This document shows positions 1 to 9,419 of a DNA stretch of 51,297 nt, piece by piece. Every line of letters starts with the position of its first letter. Within the stretch, counting starts at the first letter, position 1. The position numbers were made by a program, and so were the translations under genes. Source of the stretch: Candidatus Sumerlaeaceae bacterium (GTDB taxonomy: Bacteria; Sumerlaeota; Sumerlaeia; Sumerlaeales; Sumerlaeaceae). The notes under the pieces are model-generated. The model was not told the origin of the DNA. It searched no databases and was given only the letters and a program-made list of their open reading frames with translations. The stretch lies in contig JBPCLP010000032.1 of NCBI GenBank assembly GCA_051003195.1, positions 1-51,297 on the forward strand, read 5' to 3'.

Positions 1-1730
1 CTGCTGAGCACCGCCCGCTTCTCCTCGGGACGCGGCGCAACCGCAAGAATCTGCTCAAGGAGCGAAACCCGCTGTTCCGGGGCTGAATCGCTAGTCGTGG
101 CATTTGCCAGGCGCAGGCACTGGCGCATCGCCTGTACGCGAACATTCGGATCTTCCGCTTCCTTCGTCAGGTTCAGAAGGTCTGGAAACAGTACTGCATC
201 TCGCGCAACGCACAGGGCTTTCACCGCCGACGCACGCACACGCGGCTGACTCGATTTCAGGGCGCCACGAAGCTCGTGATGCAGGCGCGGCTCTCCAAGC
301 ATTCCCGCCGCCGGAAGCAGAGCCATGAGCACATCTGCGTTGGCACTCTGCAGCGCATGCACAATCGGCTCGGCGTTCACCTTTCCGCCCTCGCCCTGCA
401 AGCGCGCACACGTCTTCACCAGTGCGCCGGCGACATCGACCCGCAGCGCTGAGTCACCGGAGTCCAGCAACCGCGCGATCGCCGCCAGGTCTTCATTGCG
501 AGCAACCCGCACCAGCGCCTGGAGCGCGGCGGTGCGCGCGGAAGCGTCGCCACTGCGAGCCAGATCGAGTAGCTTCCCGGTCGCCGATCTATCTCCACGA
601 ACCGAAAGCGCGCGTACCACAGCACGTCGCGCCTCGCCCTGGCTGGCCGCAAGCTGCTGCACCAGCGCTGCAGTCACGTCACCATTCCGCAAGTTTACAA
701 GCGCCTGCTGCGCCGCGCGCCGTTCGGACTCGTCGTTACTTGCCGACGCGCGCACCAGCGCCGGCACGCAGCTGCTGTCGCCCAGTTCTCCGAGCGCGGT
801 TACAGCAGCCGAGCGAACCAGCGCATCTGAATTTTCCGTCATGCCGATCAACACCTTCGCGGCGGTCTTATCACCTCGCTGGCGCATTGCTTCGATGATC
901 GCGACCTGCAACGACGCGTCCCTGGAGCGTGAGAGAATCTCCGACAGGGTAGCAGCAACGCGCGGCGTATTCATCTCGCGGGCGAATTCCAGTGCCGCCT
1001 GCCGCGCCGGTGCGTCGCTGCCCTCCAGTGCAGCCGCGACCATTTCCAGCGCGCGCCCTTCATCCGCGGCTGACATCATACCCACAAACGCAGCTTTGCG
1101 CAGGCGATCCGGCATACTCGTCGCACCCAGCTTTTCAAAAATCGCCAGCGCCTCTTTGCGTTTTTTTGCAGCCAGCAGACGATCCGCCGTGGTGACCAGG
1201 GCGTCCGCAATTGCCGCGCGAACGTCCGCATTTCCGGCGCGGGCCAGCGCAGCGAACAGCTCGTCGGCTGCGCGCTCACCACCCACCCTGGCAAACACCG
1301 TCGCCGCTGCGGCCGCAACATTCGCATCATGGTACGTCAGGAGCGGCGCCAGCCTGGTCGCGGCAGCAGTTTCGCCCCGCTCCCCCAGCGAATGGATAAT
1401 GCCCGCTTTTACGAGCCCTTCCGATTTATCGAGCGCATCCTGCAGCGCTTTGCCGGCCTCTGGTGCCTGCATGGATTCAAGTACATAGCGCGCCGAATGC
1501 GAGAGGTCTTTGTCCGGCAGAAGCGCGGCCAGCGCAGGGACCGAAGCCGCGCTGGCGAGCCGCTTTAGTTTGGAGCACGCGTCATTTTTTTGCTGTAGCG
1601 ACGTACTCGATTCCAACACTTCAATCAGTTGCTGCTCGTTCTGCTGCTCCCCCTCGCTCCATCCCGCCGCAGGATAGAACAACGTCACAACCGTTACAAG
1701 CAGCGAGCAGCAGATCCGTCGGTTCATCAT
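1..1730 (-). CDS. Secreted HEAT-repeat protein (3' end runs off the window)
   Basis: Absent from the ORF track because it has no stop in the window. Manual translation from ATG 1730 gives MMNRRICCSLLVTVVTLFYPAAGWSEGEQQNEQQLIEVL...ASVPALAALLPDKDLSHSARYVLESM...GIIHSLGERG, i.e. a signal peptide plus HEAT/PBS-lyase-like repeats. It starts 8 bp after the oxidoreductase stop. Confidence 0.8.
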   Translation of the reverse strand, partial: MMNRRICCSLLVTVVTLFYPAAGWSEGEQQNEQQLIEVLESSTSLQQKNDACSKLKRLASAASVPALAALLPDKDLSHSARYVLESMQAPEAGKALQDALDKSEGLVKAGIIHSLGERGETAAATRLAPLLTYHDANVAAAAATVFARVGGERAADELFAALARAGNADVRAAIADALVTTADRLLAAKKRKEALAIFEKLGATSMPDRLRKAAFVGMMSAADEGRALEMVAAALEGSDAPARQAALEFAREMNTPRVAATLSEILSRSRDASLQVAIIEAMRQRGDKTAAKVLIGMTENSDALVRSAAVTALGELGDSSCVPALVRASASNDESERRAAQQALVNLRNGDVTAALVQQLAASQGEARRAVVRALSVRGDRSATGKLLDLARSGDASARTAALQALVRVARNEDLAAIARLLDSGDSALRVDVAGALVKTCARLQGEGGKVNAEPIVHALQSANADVLMALLPAAGMLGEPRLHHELRGALKSSQPRVRASAVKALCVARDAVLFPDLLNLTKEAEDPNVRVQAMRQCLRLANATTSDSAPEQRVSLLEQILAVAPRPEEKRAVLS

Positions 1731-1738
1731 CGGCCCGC

Positions 1739-3049
1739 TCATACGCACCACGGCGCGCGCTTCGCAATCGACAGCATCCGGTTCGCTTCCTCGTCACCCG
1801 GGAATTCCTCTTTCACGGGGTCCCACTTAAGCGGTCGGTCCAGCTGCTTCACCACTCCGCCCAGCAGCAGCGCACTTGCGGAGCGATGAGCGACCGCGGC
1901 ATCGCAGATCGGCTTTTTGCGCGTGCGCACGCAGTCCAGGAAATTCCCGGAGTGGCTTTCACTGAAGTACAGGTGCTGCTCCTCGGGGCGCAGCGGCTCG
2001 CGGATCAGGTCTGCCGGGTATGCGATCATCGCGTTGCGGTCGACCGTGATGCGGCCTTCCGTCCCGACAAACGTCGCGCCGCCTTCGGGACCAATCTTCT
2101 CTCCCGGGTATTCCCTGCCGTACACAATTACGCCGCTCGGGTACTTGTAATTGGAGCGTCCGCCTTCCATCCACAGCTCCACCGGACCCGTCTCGTCGGC
2201 ATCGCAGCCCCACTGTATAATGTCGTAGTGATGCTGCCCCCAGTTCAGTTCGCCGATGTCGAACCGATGCGAGGACAAATTGCCGTCATAGGGCAGTTCC
2301 GGCGCGGGGCCAAGATACAGGTCCCAATCCACGTTGTCCGGAATGGGTTCCGCTTTTCCGAAACGCTGCGGCCATGCAATCGCGCCGCCGTCGCGGTACG
2401 CATACACTTCCTTCAACTTGCCGATCCGTCCGCTGCGCACGAACTCGCACGTGCGGCGGAAGTAACCGCTGTATTCACTGCGCTGCTGCGTGCCCGCCTG
2501 GTAGATACGCCCATACCGCTGAACCGTATCCTGCAGCACTTTACTCTCACGCACGGTGCAGGCGGTGGGCTTTTCGCAGTAAACGTCCTTGCCCGCGCGT
2601 GCTGCCAGGATCGACATGGTAGCGTGCCAGTGAGCCGGCGTTGCGATCAGCACGGCATCGATGTCGTCGCGATCGAGCACATTGCGGAAATCGGTGTAGA
2701 CCTCGCACGTCCGATAGCTCCCCTTGCCGAAGGTGTCGGAGTAGTGCTGGTTCACGCGCTTCTGGGCCTGCTCGCGATGCTCGCGTCGGACGTCGCAAAT
2801 CGCCAGCACCTGCACATCCGGTCGCGCCGTGTAGCCGCCGGCAAGGTACGTCCACGCGCCGCCGACCAGGTGGCCACCCCCCTGCCCGCCCACGCCGATA
2901 AAACCCATCGTGATACGCTCGCTTGGTGCGATGGTGCCATTAAGCCCCAGGGCGGACGCCGGTATGATCGTGGGCACGGCGAGTGCGCCAAGTACGCCCG
3001 CGCCCTGCTTGAGAAAATCGCGTCGCGATATCTGTGTGTCTGGAGTCAC
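1739..3049 (-). CDS. Tat-exported Gfo/Idh/MocA family oxidoreductase
   Basis: SRRDFLK twin-arginine signal, GFIGVGGQG Rossmann motif, IATPAHWH, DVYCEKP, GTQQRS. Confidence 0.92.
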   Translation of the reverse strand: MTPDTQISRRDFLKQGAGVLGALAVPTIIPASALGLNGTIAPSERITMGFIGVGGQGGGHLVGGAWTYLAGGYTARPDVQVLAICDVRREHREQAQKRVNQHYSDTFGKGSYRTCEVYTDFRNVLDRDDIDAVLIATPAHWHATMSILAARAGKDVYCEKPTACTVRESKVLQDTVQRYGRIYQAGTQQRSEYSGYFRRTCEFVRSGRIGKLKEVYAYRDGGAIAWPQRFGKAEPIPDNVDWDLYLGPAPELPYDGNLSSHRFDIGELNWGQHHYDIIQWGCDADETGPVELWMEGGRSNYKYPSGVIVYGREYPGEKIGPEGGATFVGTEGRITVDRNAMIAYPADLIREPLRPEEQHLYFSESHSGNFLDCVRTRKKPICDAAVAHRSASALLLGGVVKQLDRPLKWDPVKEEFPGDEEANRMLSIAKRAPWCV

Positions 3050-3174
3050 GAAGCCTCGCCTTTTCCGGCGTGATAAGAATCAGAAGGTTTAAGGGCCAGT
3101 CATAAAGCCGCACGCAATGGTTTTTGCACCAGGTTTTTGTCTCAGGTTTTTCGCGGCCATGCGCATCTTGCGCG

Positions 3175-3197
3175 GTAGAGCAGGCTTCCAGCCTGCT
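3175..3197. repeat. REP-like palindrome (GTAG + AGCAGGC-TTCCA-GCCTGCT)
   Basis: GTAG tetranucleotide followed by a perfect 7-bp stem; a related CAGGC-TTTA-GCCTG hairpin lies at 50693-50706. Confidence 0.55.
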
Positions 3198-3292
3198 GCG
3201 AGTAGAAGACTTGAGTGATTTTTATCCACGAATCACGCGAATAGCTTGGAATGATGTGTGGGTCGGAGGGTGCTAGTGGTGGCGGTTGGAGG

Positions 3293-3406
3293 CTTTTCAA
3301 GTTTTCAAGTTTTTCAAGTTGGTTTTCAAGTTTGGCGTGTAGAGGCTTGAAAAGCTTGCAGATAAATCAAGTTGGCGAAAAATGGGTAATTTCGCCACTT
3401 GAAAAA
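3293..3406. repeat. Cluster of TTTTCAAGTT direct repeats with inverted CTTGAAAA copies
   Basis: TCAAGTT at 3297, 3305, 3314, 3326 and 3367; inverted copies at 3346 and 3397; CAAGT-TGGCGAAA...TTTCGCCA-CTTG hairpin at 3368-3401. Confidence 0.75.
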
Positions 3407-4324
3407 CGGTAATCCTCGCGTAAGAATTCGCCGGGGCCGAGTGGGGGCCGTGGGGCTTGCCGGATGGGCGGCTTTTCCCGCCAGGCGCAAGGACGCAAAA
3501 AGCCACGCGCGATTGGGTGCAGCCCGTTTGACGGTAGCCGCGGCGTTCGGGCTGCAGGAATATACAAGAACCGCGAACCAGACTCGGCCGGACCGGGGGG
3601 AGTTTTTCGGGACTCAAACTGGGGTGCGATATTAAATAAACGAGACGGTATTTCCGAGTGTTGGGGGTTGCTAACCTTTCCCGGGTTAGGACCAAGGCAA
3701 TTTCCTTGGAGAGCCCGGCTGTTCCTTTCAATGGGGCGGAGGCCGCGCTGGTTGTGCGATGTGTTTGTCACGATGCGGGCACCCTAGCACAGGCAATTTT
3801 CGAATTCCTATTCCCACACGGGTACTTACAGACCCTTCCAGACCCTGGTATGGTGTACCGGAGATTCGTGCCATATTTTCGGTTTCCGGCGCCCCTTCAG
3901 GGCGCGAAAAATGGGGTGCTGTAACCCAGGGCTGCGGATTCCAAAAAGCCGGAATGCAGGAACCATGGCGGGGAATTCTGAGGCAGCATATACTGGTTGA
4001 ACGAGTTTCACTTAAAGATTCGGTCAGACTTGCTGGGTTCGATTGTCGGACACAGCGCGGCAATCAGTCCCTGGTTACCTGCATCCCCCAAAGTGTGCCT
4101 CCAAATAGGGGCGACCTTCCGGTGGTGGGCTGGGCCGGACGCAAGCATCCGTGCCGTCACCATCCGGCCCCTAGAAAACAAGCGGTGTGTGTCCCTGGTC
4201 TGAGGCTCATAGCATCTGATGCGCGACAAACGCGCTCACAGTACGGAACTCTATAGTTTTCGGACGAAATTTTTATGGATAGGATCGGTCTTTGTTGTTC
4301 TATAACTCCCAAAAGGAGAAACGT

Positions 4325-5417
4325 GTGAAGGCCCTAAACTATTTGGTAATGACCGCCGCCCTGGCGAGCTTTGCGGCCGCTGCCTCGGCACAGACGACGA
4401 TGACGCTGCTCTGGCGCCAGCCTGCTGGCTCCGATTACATGAGCTCGCCGACGACGAACAACTGCCGCGGCATGTTCCTTAACAAGACCCTGGCAACTGG
4501 CGGAAGCCTGCTCGTCGCCAGCCGGGATAACTCGTACAACGGCATTCGGCGTTTGGATCCCGATACCGGTATTCTTAAAACACCCGCACGAGTTCCCCAA
4601 AGTTACCTGACAACCAGCACGACGTTCATCATCAACAAGGTCGGGGTGAATGATGCTGGGATAGTTTATGCCTGCAGCCTTGGCAGCAGCGGCGCCACCG
4701 AGTCGTGGTTTCGCGTTTATCGGCACGCAGATGAGTTTACAACGGAGACACTCGCATTCGAAACTCGAACCGATAGTGCGGGCCTTGTGAAACGCGTGGG
4801 CGACGACATGGACGTGATCGGCAGCGGCAATGCGACGAAGATCATAGCTGCCGGCAATGGGGGCCAATACGGGCGGCGTGGTCGTGCTCGCGACGACAAA
4901 CAGTGGGCTGACGTTTACACATACGCTGTTAACCCTCTCCCCTGCGCCACCGGCTTCCGGTAACGTCGCTATTGCGTGGGATCCAACTGTAGCAAACCGT
5001 TTCTGGTACCGCGGCAGCGGCGGCGATCCGGCACGCGCCTACGACATCAGCGGCAGCACCGCGACCGGAGCTTCAGGTTCTCCAAATGTGCTTCAGGATA
5101 ACGTTGCCGCACCGGCCTATGGACCATTCGACATCGGGCCATTCAATGGTGTAGATAGCGTGGTACTGGCGATAGGCGCATCCGCAGCCACGACGAACGG
5201 AAAACCCGTATTGATCGCAGACCTGGCCACCCTGACAACTGACTACATTATCGTCGGCACGGAGGCCACTGGTGGTGCAGCCGCAAACGCCAATGCCAGT
5301 GGTGACGTTTATCTCGATTCCGCCGCGAATCGCGTTTATGTGCTGTACACCAACAATTCTGTCAGCGCCGCCACGCTTCCGGTGGCAAATGTCGGTGACT
5401 GGTCGCTCTACATGTAA
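4325..5417 (+). pseudogene. Secreted beta-propeller-like (DUF4623-like) protein interrupted by a +1 frameshift in a G5 run (4859-4863); possibly a sequencing error
   Basis: AGGAG RBS with GTG at 4325 and a signal peptide (AAASA|Q). ORFs 4292-4963 and 4857-5417 join into one coherent sequence (KIIAAGN-GANTGGVVVL) if one G is removed. Ends VANVGDWSLYM. Confidence 0.75.
5373..5417 (+). other. Putative C-terminal sorting motif, copy 1 (TLPVANVGDWSLYM*)
   Basis: Same W(-5) and aromatic(-2) spacing as the tails at 9174-9218 and 40464-40508. Confidence 0.6.
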
Positions 5418-5444
5418 ACTGGTTCTACAGCTAAAGTAGTTCCA

Positions 5445-5482
5445 ATCGCGGCTGGGAGTTCTCTCAGCCGCGATGTTGTTTT
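5445..5482 (+). terminator. Rho-independent terminator
   Basis: ATCGCGGCTGGGAG-TT-CTCTCAGCCGCGAT stem followed by GTTGTTTT. Confidence 0.7.
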
Positions 5483-5586
5483 GGTGGCGGGGAGAGGCGG
5501 CCCAGGCGGCTGGGACCGCAAGGACGACACCGGGGCAGAGAGTGTAGTGGGTGGCCGGTAGAAGCAAGCCAGGTTGGTCTGGCTTG

Positions 5587-6675
5587 TTACGCCGTCGGAA
5601 TTGCAGCCGCGGCGTAGGCAGGTTGTGGGGCGTACACCGGTGCGGCCTCGGGGATGGCAAGAGCAGCTTTTAACGACTCGATTGCGACCTCAATCATGCT
5701 GTCGTCGGGCTCGCGCACGGTGAGGTGCTGGAACCAGAACCCGGGGGTGATCAGGAGCTTAAGTAGAATGTTCTTCCTGTACTTGCCACCCAGCCGCAGC
5801 AGCTCGAAGCAGACGCCTGCAACCAGCGGCATGATCAGGATGTGGCCGAAGATGAGCATCGACTTGCGCGCCCAGAACGAAAAGTTGTAAAAGTCCGGCC
5901 AGATCCACACGACCAGCCGGGCAAAGAAGGCGAAGGTGATGATCGCTACAATCAGCGTAATGGCGATGAATGTGGTGCCGCAACGAGGGTGCAGTTTGGT
6001 GAACGGTCGGACATTGCCCACCGTCAGTTCCTGGCCGGCTTCGAACGCCGACACCGCCTTGTGCTCGGCGCCATGGTACTGGAAAAGGCGCTTCACGTCG
6101 GGCATGAGCGAGATCAGCCAGATGTATCCGACGATGATCAGCATGCGGATCGCGCCGGAGATCAGGTTATAGGTGATCGGCGCGTTCTCCTCCAGCAGCG
6201 GCTCCCCACTGCTGAGGACCAGACTGCCGGTAAAGTGGGTTGCCAGGTTGGGGATGATCACGAACATGGCTATTCCAAGCGCGAGGCTGAATGCCATCGT
6301 CGCGCCAAGCGCGACTTTGGAGATGGGCTTCTCGGATGTTGGGACGATCTCCGGGCCCACGCCGGAGTGAATCGATGCAGCTTCGGCTTCGAGTTTTTTC
6401 TTCTCGATATGGGGATCGTCCAGCGACGCCTGCTGCGCGCTGTATTCGAGGCTTCGCATCCCGATGGCCATCATTTCAAAAAGTCCACCAGCGCCGCGCA
6501 GAATGGGGAGCTTAAAAAGGGGAACGCGTCGGCCGAGCGGCACGTGCGGATGAACGGCCTTCTGGATGGTGCCATCGGCCCGGCGCACGGCGATGGCGTA
6601 GCCCTCGGGCCCGCGCATCATCACGCCTTCAATGACGGCCTGGCCGCCGACGGTTACAGGTTTTTTTTCAGACAT
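5587..6675 (-). CDS. DUF1385 (YqhQ-like) membrane protein
   Basis: VGGQAVIEGVMMRG, FQYHGAEHK, HPRCGTTF and REPDDSMIEVAI motifs. Confidence 0.9.
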   Translation of the reverse strand: MSEKKPVTVGGQAVIEGVMMRGPEGYAIAVRRADGTIQKAVHPHVPLGRRVPLFKLPILRGAGGLFEMMAIGMRSLEYSAQQASLDDPHIEKKKLEAEAASIHSGVGPEIVPTSEKPISKVALGATMAFSLALGIAMFVIIPNLATHFTGSLVLSSGEPLLEENAPITYNLISGAIRMLIIVGYIWLISLMPDVKRLFQYHGAEHKAVSAFEAGQELTVGNVRPFTKLHPRCGTTFIAITLIVAIITFAFFARLVVWIWPDFYNFSFWARKSMLIFGHILIMPLVAGVCFELLRLGGKYRKNILLKLLITPGFWFQHLTVREPDDSMIEVAIESLKAALAIPEAAPVYAPQPAYAAAAIPTA

Positions 6676-6714
6676 AGTTCAACACACTTCCAGTTTGTAC
6701 GGGCGTATTAGGGG

Positions 6715-7077
6715 TTAGTTATCTTCGGGGCGTGACGGAGAAGGCGGCGGTGGTGGCGACGAAGCGGGCGGCTGCTCAGAAGGCGGAGGTGGTGGGGCCG
6801 TCGAAGGCTCGGACGGCGTCTCCTTGCGGGCTTTGTCGAGCTGACGATCAACGATGCCGCGCACGGCCAGCAGAAACTCCTCTTTGGATTTCTGGAGATG
6901 TGCTGTCACCTGCGGCGGAATCGCATCCCGGAATTCAGTGCGCACAGTTTCGTCGAGATCTTTGACACGATCGCGGAACTTTGCCTCGAATTCCTTCAGT
7001 TTCTCCTGCAGGCGCGCTCGCATATCGGGCTCGCCCGGCGTGTCCTGCGGCTGTTGCTCTTTGTCCTGCTCTTCCAC
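6715..7077 (-). CDS. Hypothetical coiled-coil protein with Pro-rich C-terminal tail
   Basis: AGGAG RBS before GTG 7077; charged helical core; co-oriented between hup and the DUF1385 gene. Confidence 0.7.
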   Translation of the reverse strand: MEEQDKEQQPQDTPGEPDMRARLQEKLKEFEAKFRDRVKDLDETVRTEFRDAIPPQVTAHLQKSKEEFLLAVRGIVDRQLDKARKETPSEPSTAPPPPPSEQPPASSPPPPPSPSRPEDN

Positions 7078-7154
7078 AGATTGAGTCTCCTTGTCGGGCT
7101 CAATTAGGAGAGCACGTCCGCAATATTCTGTGGCAGCGGTACCGCGGTGTGCGC

Positions 7155-7478
7155 TTACTCGCCCTCGCCGGCACCGGCAACGGGTTCCCCCGACGGGCCG
7201 GCCGTGTTGTTTACCTGGTCGCGGAACTCCTTGCCGGGCTTAAATGCCACGACGGACTTGGCAGGTATTTGGATTTTCTCGCCCGTGCGCGGATTGCGGC
7301 CATTGCGGGCCTCTTTCGTTTTGAGGTAAAAGGTCCCGAATCCAACCAGGGAAACCTTTTCGCCGGCTTTGAGCGCCTCCTTCACGGATTCCAGAAACAG
7401 CTCAACGGAGTCCACGGCCTGCTTTTGTGAAATGCCGGTACGATCGCGCAGCAACGTTGCCACTTCAAGTTTGGTCAT
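7155..7478 (-). CDS. hup: HU family DNA-binding protein
   Basis: VSLVGFGTF, ARNGRNPRTGEKIQIPA, AFKPGKEF. Confidence 0.93.
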   Translation of the reverse strand: MTKLEVATLLRDRTGISQKQAVDSVELFLESVKEALKAGEKVSLVGFGTFYLKTKEARNGRNPRTGEKIQIPAKSVVAFKPGKEFRDQVNNTAGPSGEPVAGAGEGE

Positions 7479-7724
7479 GTGCCAGATGCCCCTCAGATGG
7501 GTTTGCCTTATTACGACACTGCCATGCTGGCGGAACGGCGCATGTGTTTGTCAACCCTCATAAAATGAAAGGTTAAAGGCTGGCGACCCCGAGAGAGCGG
7601 GGTGGGTGGTCCATAGAATTGTGAGCGTAACAGATTGAAAAAGAACCGTTGCAATTTCGACCCTGCCCATGGGACAAATCGCAATACAGCTGTCTATTAT
7701 CTGATGAACAGAGAGGAATCGTTG

Positions 7725-9218
7725 ATGCGAACGAATCTAATTTATTTTGCGGCATCCATGCTGGTTATCTACGGCAATGCATGTCCGGCGGCTTTTACGG
7801 AAGTGGCTACGGCCCGGGGAGTGGCGGACACCAACCTTGCGCAGGGCGTATCGTTTGCAGACTTTGACAATGATGGGGACGACGATATGTCGCTCGCAGT
7901 GCACGACGCCGGTGTACGCAGGTTTATCAATAATGGCAGCGGGACGTTCACAGAACAGGCTGTGGCGTTACCGGGGGCACCACGCGGCGGCACGGCAATC
8001 TGGTTCGACTTCGATAAAGACGGCGACCTCGACGTTTTTGTCGCCTATGCTTTTGTAGATTCTCACCTGTACCGTAACGACGGTGGCGGAACCTATGTGG
8101 AGGTTTCGACCTTACTGTCCGCCACTGCGGCCGATTACACAAATGCGTTCACAGCAATGGCCGGCGATTTTGACAAGAACGGATACCCGGACCTTGTGGT
8201 AAGCCCCTATTCCGCAGCCAGCGGCCAGAACCGTATATACTCAAAGAATGCCACCGCGTTCACTGACACAGCAGCAGCGCCATTTTCAATTACGCTCTCA
8301 CAGCCACGCAGCGGAAACGCAATGGACTTCGATAACGATGGCGACCTGGACATCTATTTCGGCGGCGAAGCTCTCGCTGCACAGCTTTACCGCAACGATG
8401 GCGGGGGCGTGTACACGAATATCGCACCGGGGACGCCGCTTGAGAATGGCTCCAAAAATGCCCGCGGCTCGGCATGGGGTGACATGGACAAAGACGGCGA
8501 CCTGGACCTCGTGATAGCGAACACCAATGGCGGAGGGAATGCAATTATCCGTAACAACGGTGCTGGTGTGTTTGTCGATGTGAGCGCTGCGCCATTCAGC
8601 ACCGGGATTGCAAACGCCATCAGTCCTTCATTATTTGACTATGACAACGACGGCGACCTGGACATTTTTGTACATACGCTTGACGACGGCGGGCCCGGGG
8701 CTCTGTACCGGAACGACGGCAACTTTACATTCGTCGATGTAACGGCAACAGACGCTCCGCTGTTCGCGAGCAACACGGCGGGTGGGCGCGGCGCGGCGGT
8801 GTCCGACATTGATAATGACGGTGACGTCGACTTGTACCGGGCAAATGGTACGGCGGCTTCTCCCAGTTACCTCTACCTGAATGGTACCAACGGAAGCAAC
8901 TGGCTGAAGGTGAGGGTGGTTGCGAACGGCGGGGGCGACAAGCAGGCTGTCGGTGCACGTATCTCGGTGTATGACGCGGGCACGTCGACCATCCGTGGTT
9001 TCAGCCAGATCCAGAGCCAGACAGGCTATCTTTCGCAAAACTCCCGGATTCAGCACTTCGGTGTGCCTTCGGCCGGTAACTACGACGTGAAAGTTTACTT
9101 TCCGTTCACCAACCAGACTATCACTGCTTTGAACCGGACCGCAACGCAGACCGTAACTGTGACCGAGCCGGCTCCGCCTGTGCCCACCGGCGCTAAAGAG
9201 TGGGAGCTGTATTACTAA
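7725..9218 (+). CDS. Secreted FG-GAP repeat / ASPIC-UnbV (CRTAC1 family) protein
   Basis: GAGG RBS with ATG 7725 and a signal peptide; seven DxDxDGxxD repeats; NWLKVRV...AVGARISV...GYLSQNS...HFG ASPIC domain; ends PTGAKEWELYY. Confidence 0.88.
   Translation: MRTNLIYFAASMLVIYGNACPAAFTEVATARGVADTNLAQGVSFADFDNDGDDDMSLAVHDAGVRRFINNGSGTFTEQAVALPGAPRGGTAIWFDFDKDGDLDVFVAYAFVDSHLYRNDGGGTYVEVSTLLSATAADYTNAFTAMAGDFDKNGYPDLVVSPYSAASGQNRIYSKNATAFTDTAAAPFSITLSQPRSGNAMDFDNDGDLDIYFGGEALAAQLYRNDGGGVYTNIAPGTPLENGSKNARGSAWGDMDKDGDLDLVIANTNGGGNAIIRNNGAGVFVDVSAAPFSTGIANAISPSLFDYDNDGDLDIFVHTLDDGGPGALYRNDGNFTFVDVTATDAPLFASNTAGGRGAAVSDIDNDGDVDLYRANGTAASPSYLYLNGTNGSNWLKVRVVANGGGDKQAVGARISVYDAGTSTIRGFSQIQSQTGYLSQNSRIQHFGVPSAGNYDVKVYFPFTNQTITALNRTATQTVTVTEPAPPVPTGAKEWELYY
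9174..9218 (+). other. Putative C-terminal sorting motif, copy 2 (PPVPTGAKEWELYY*)
   Basis: Pro-rich linker followed by A-K-E-W-E-L-Y-Y-stop. Confidence 0.6.
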
Positions 9219-9322
9219 ACCAGGAAAGAATAGCCCCGCGTCAACAAGGTGCCAGCAGGTGACGTCTAATCGGCATCGGTAAGAAACCAGGCGCGGGGTG
9301 ATCAGAATGGTTAATTTCGCAT

Positions 9323-9360
9323 GGCGGTGGCGAGTACTTCTCGCTGCCGCCTCTTTTATT
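9323..9360 (+). terminator. Rho-independent terminator
   Basis: GGCGGTGGCGAG-TACTT-CTCGCTGCCGCC stem followed by TCTTTTATT. Confidence 0.7.
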
Positions 9361-9419
9361 GCAATAACACCGTCGCGATTCCCATCGAAGAACTAGCTTC
9401 GCGGCGAAATGCCACGCAT

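Noticed and set aside
325..3073. Long plus-strand ORFs 325-1488 and 1463-3073
   Set aside because: Antisense shadows of the HEAT and oxidoreductase genes, with no recognisable motifs
3222..3230. TTATCCACG as a DnaA box / oriC
   Set aside because: A single 8/9 match that overlaps a repeat arm; no box cluster and no dnaA/dnaN nearby
3293..3406. CRISPR array
   Set aside because: Repeat units are about 10 bp with no unique 30-bp spacers, and there are no cas genes
3297..4256. ORFs in the large intergenic region (e.g. 3297-3731, 3759-4256)
   Set aside because: No clear RBS, atypical composition and overlap with palindromic repeats; no recognisable domain
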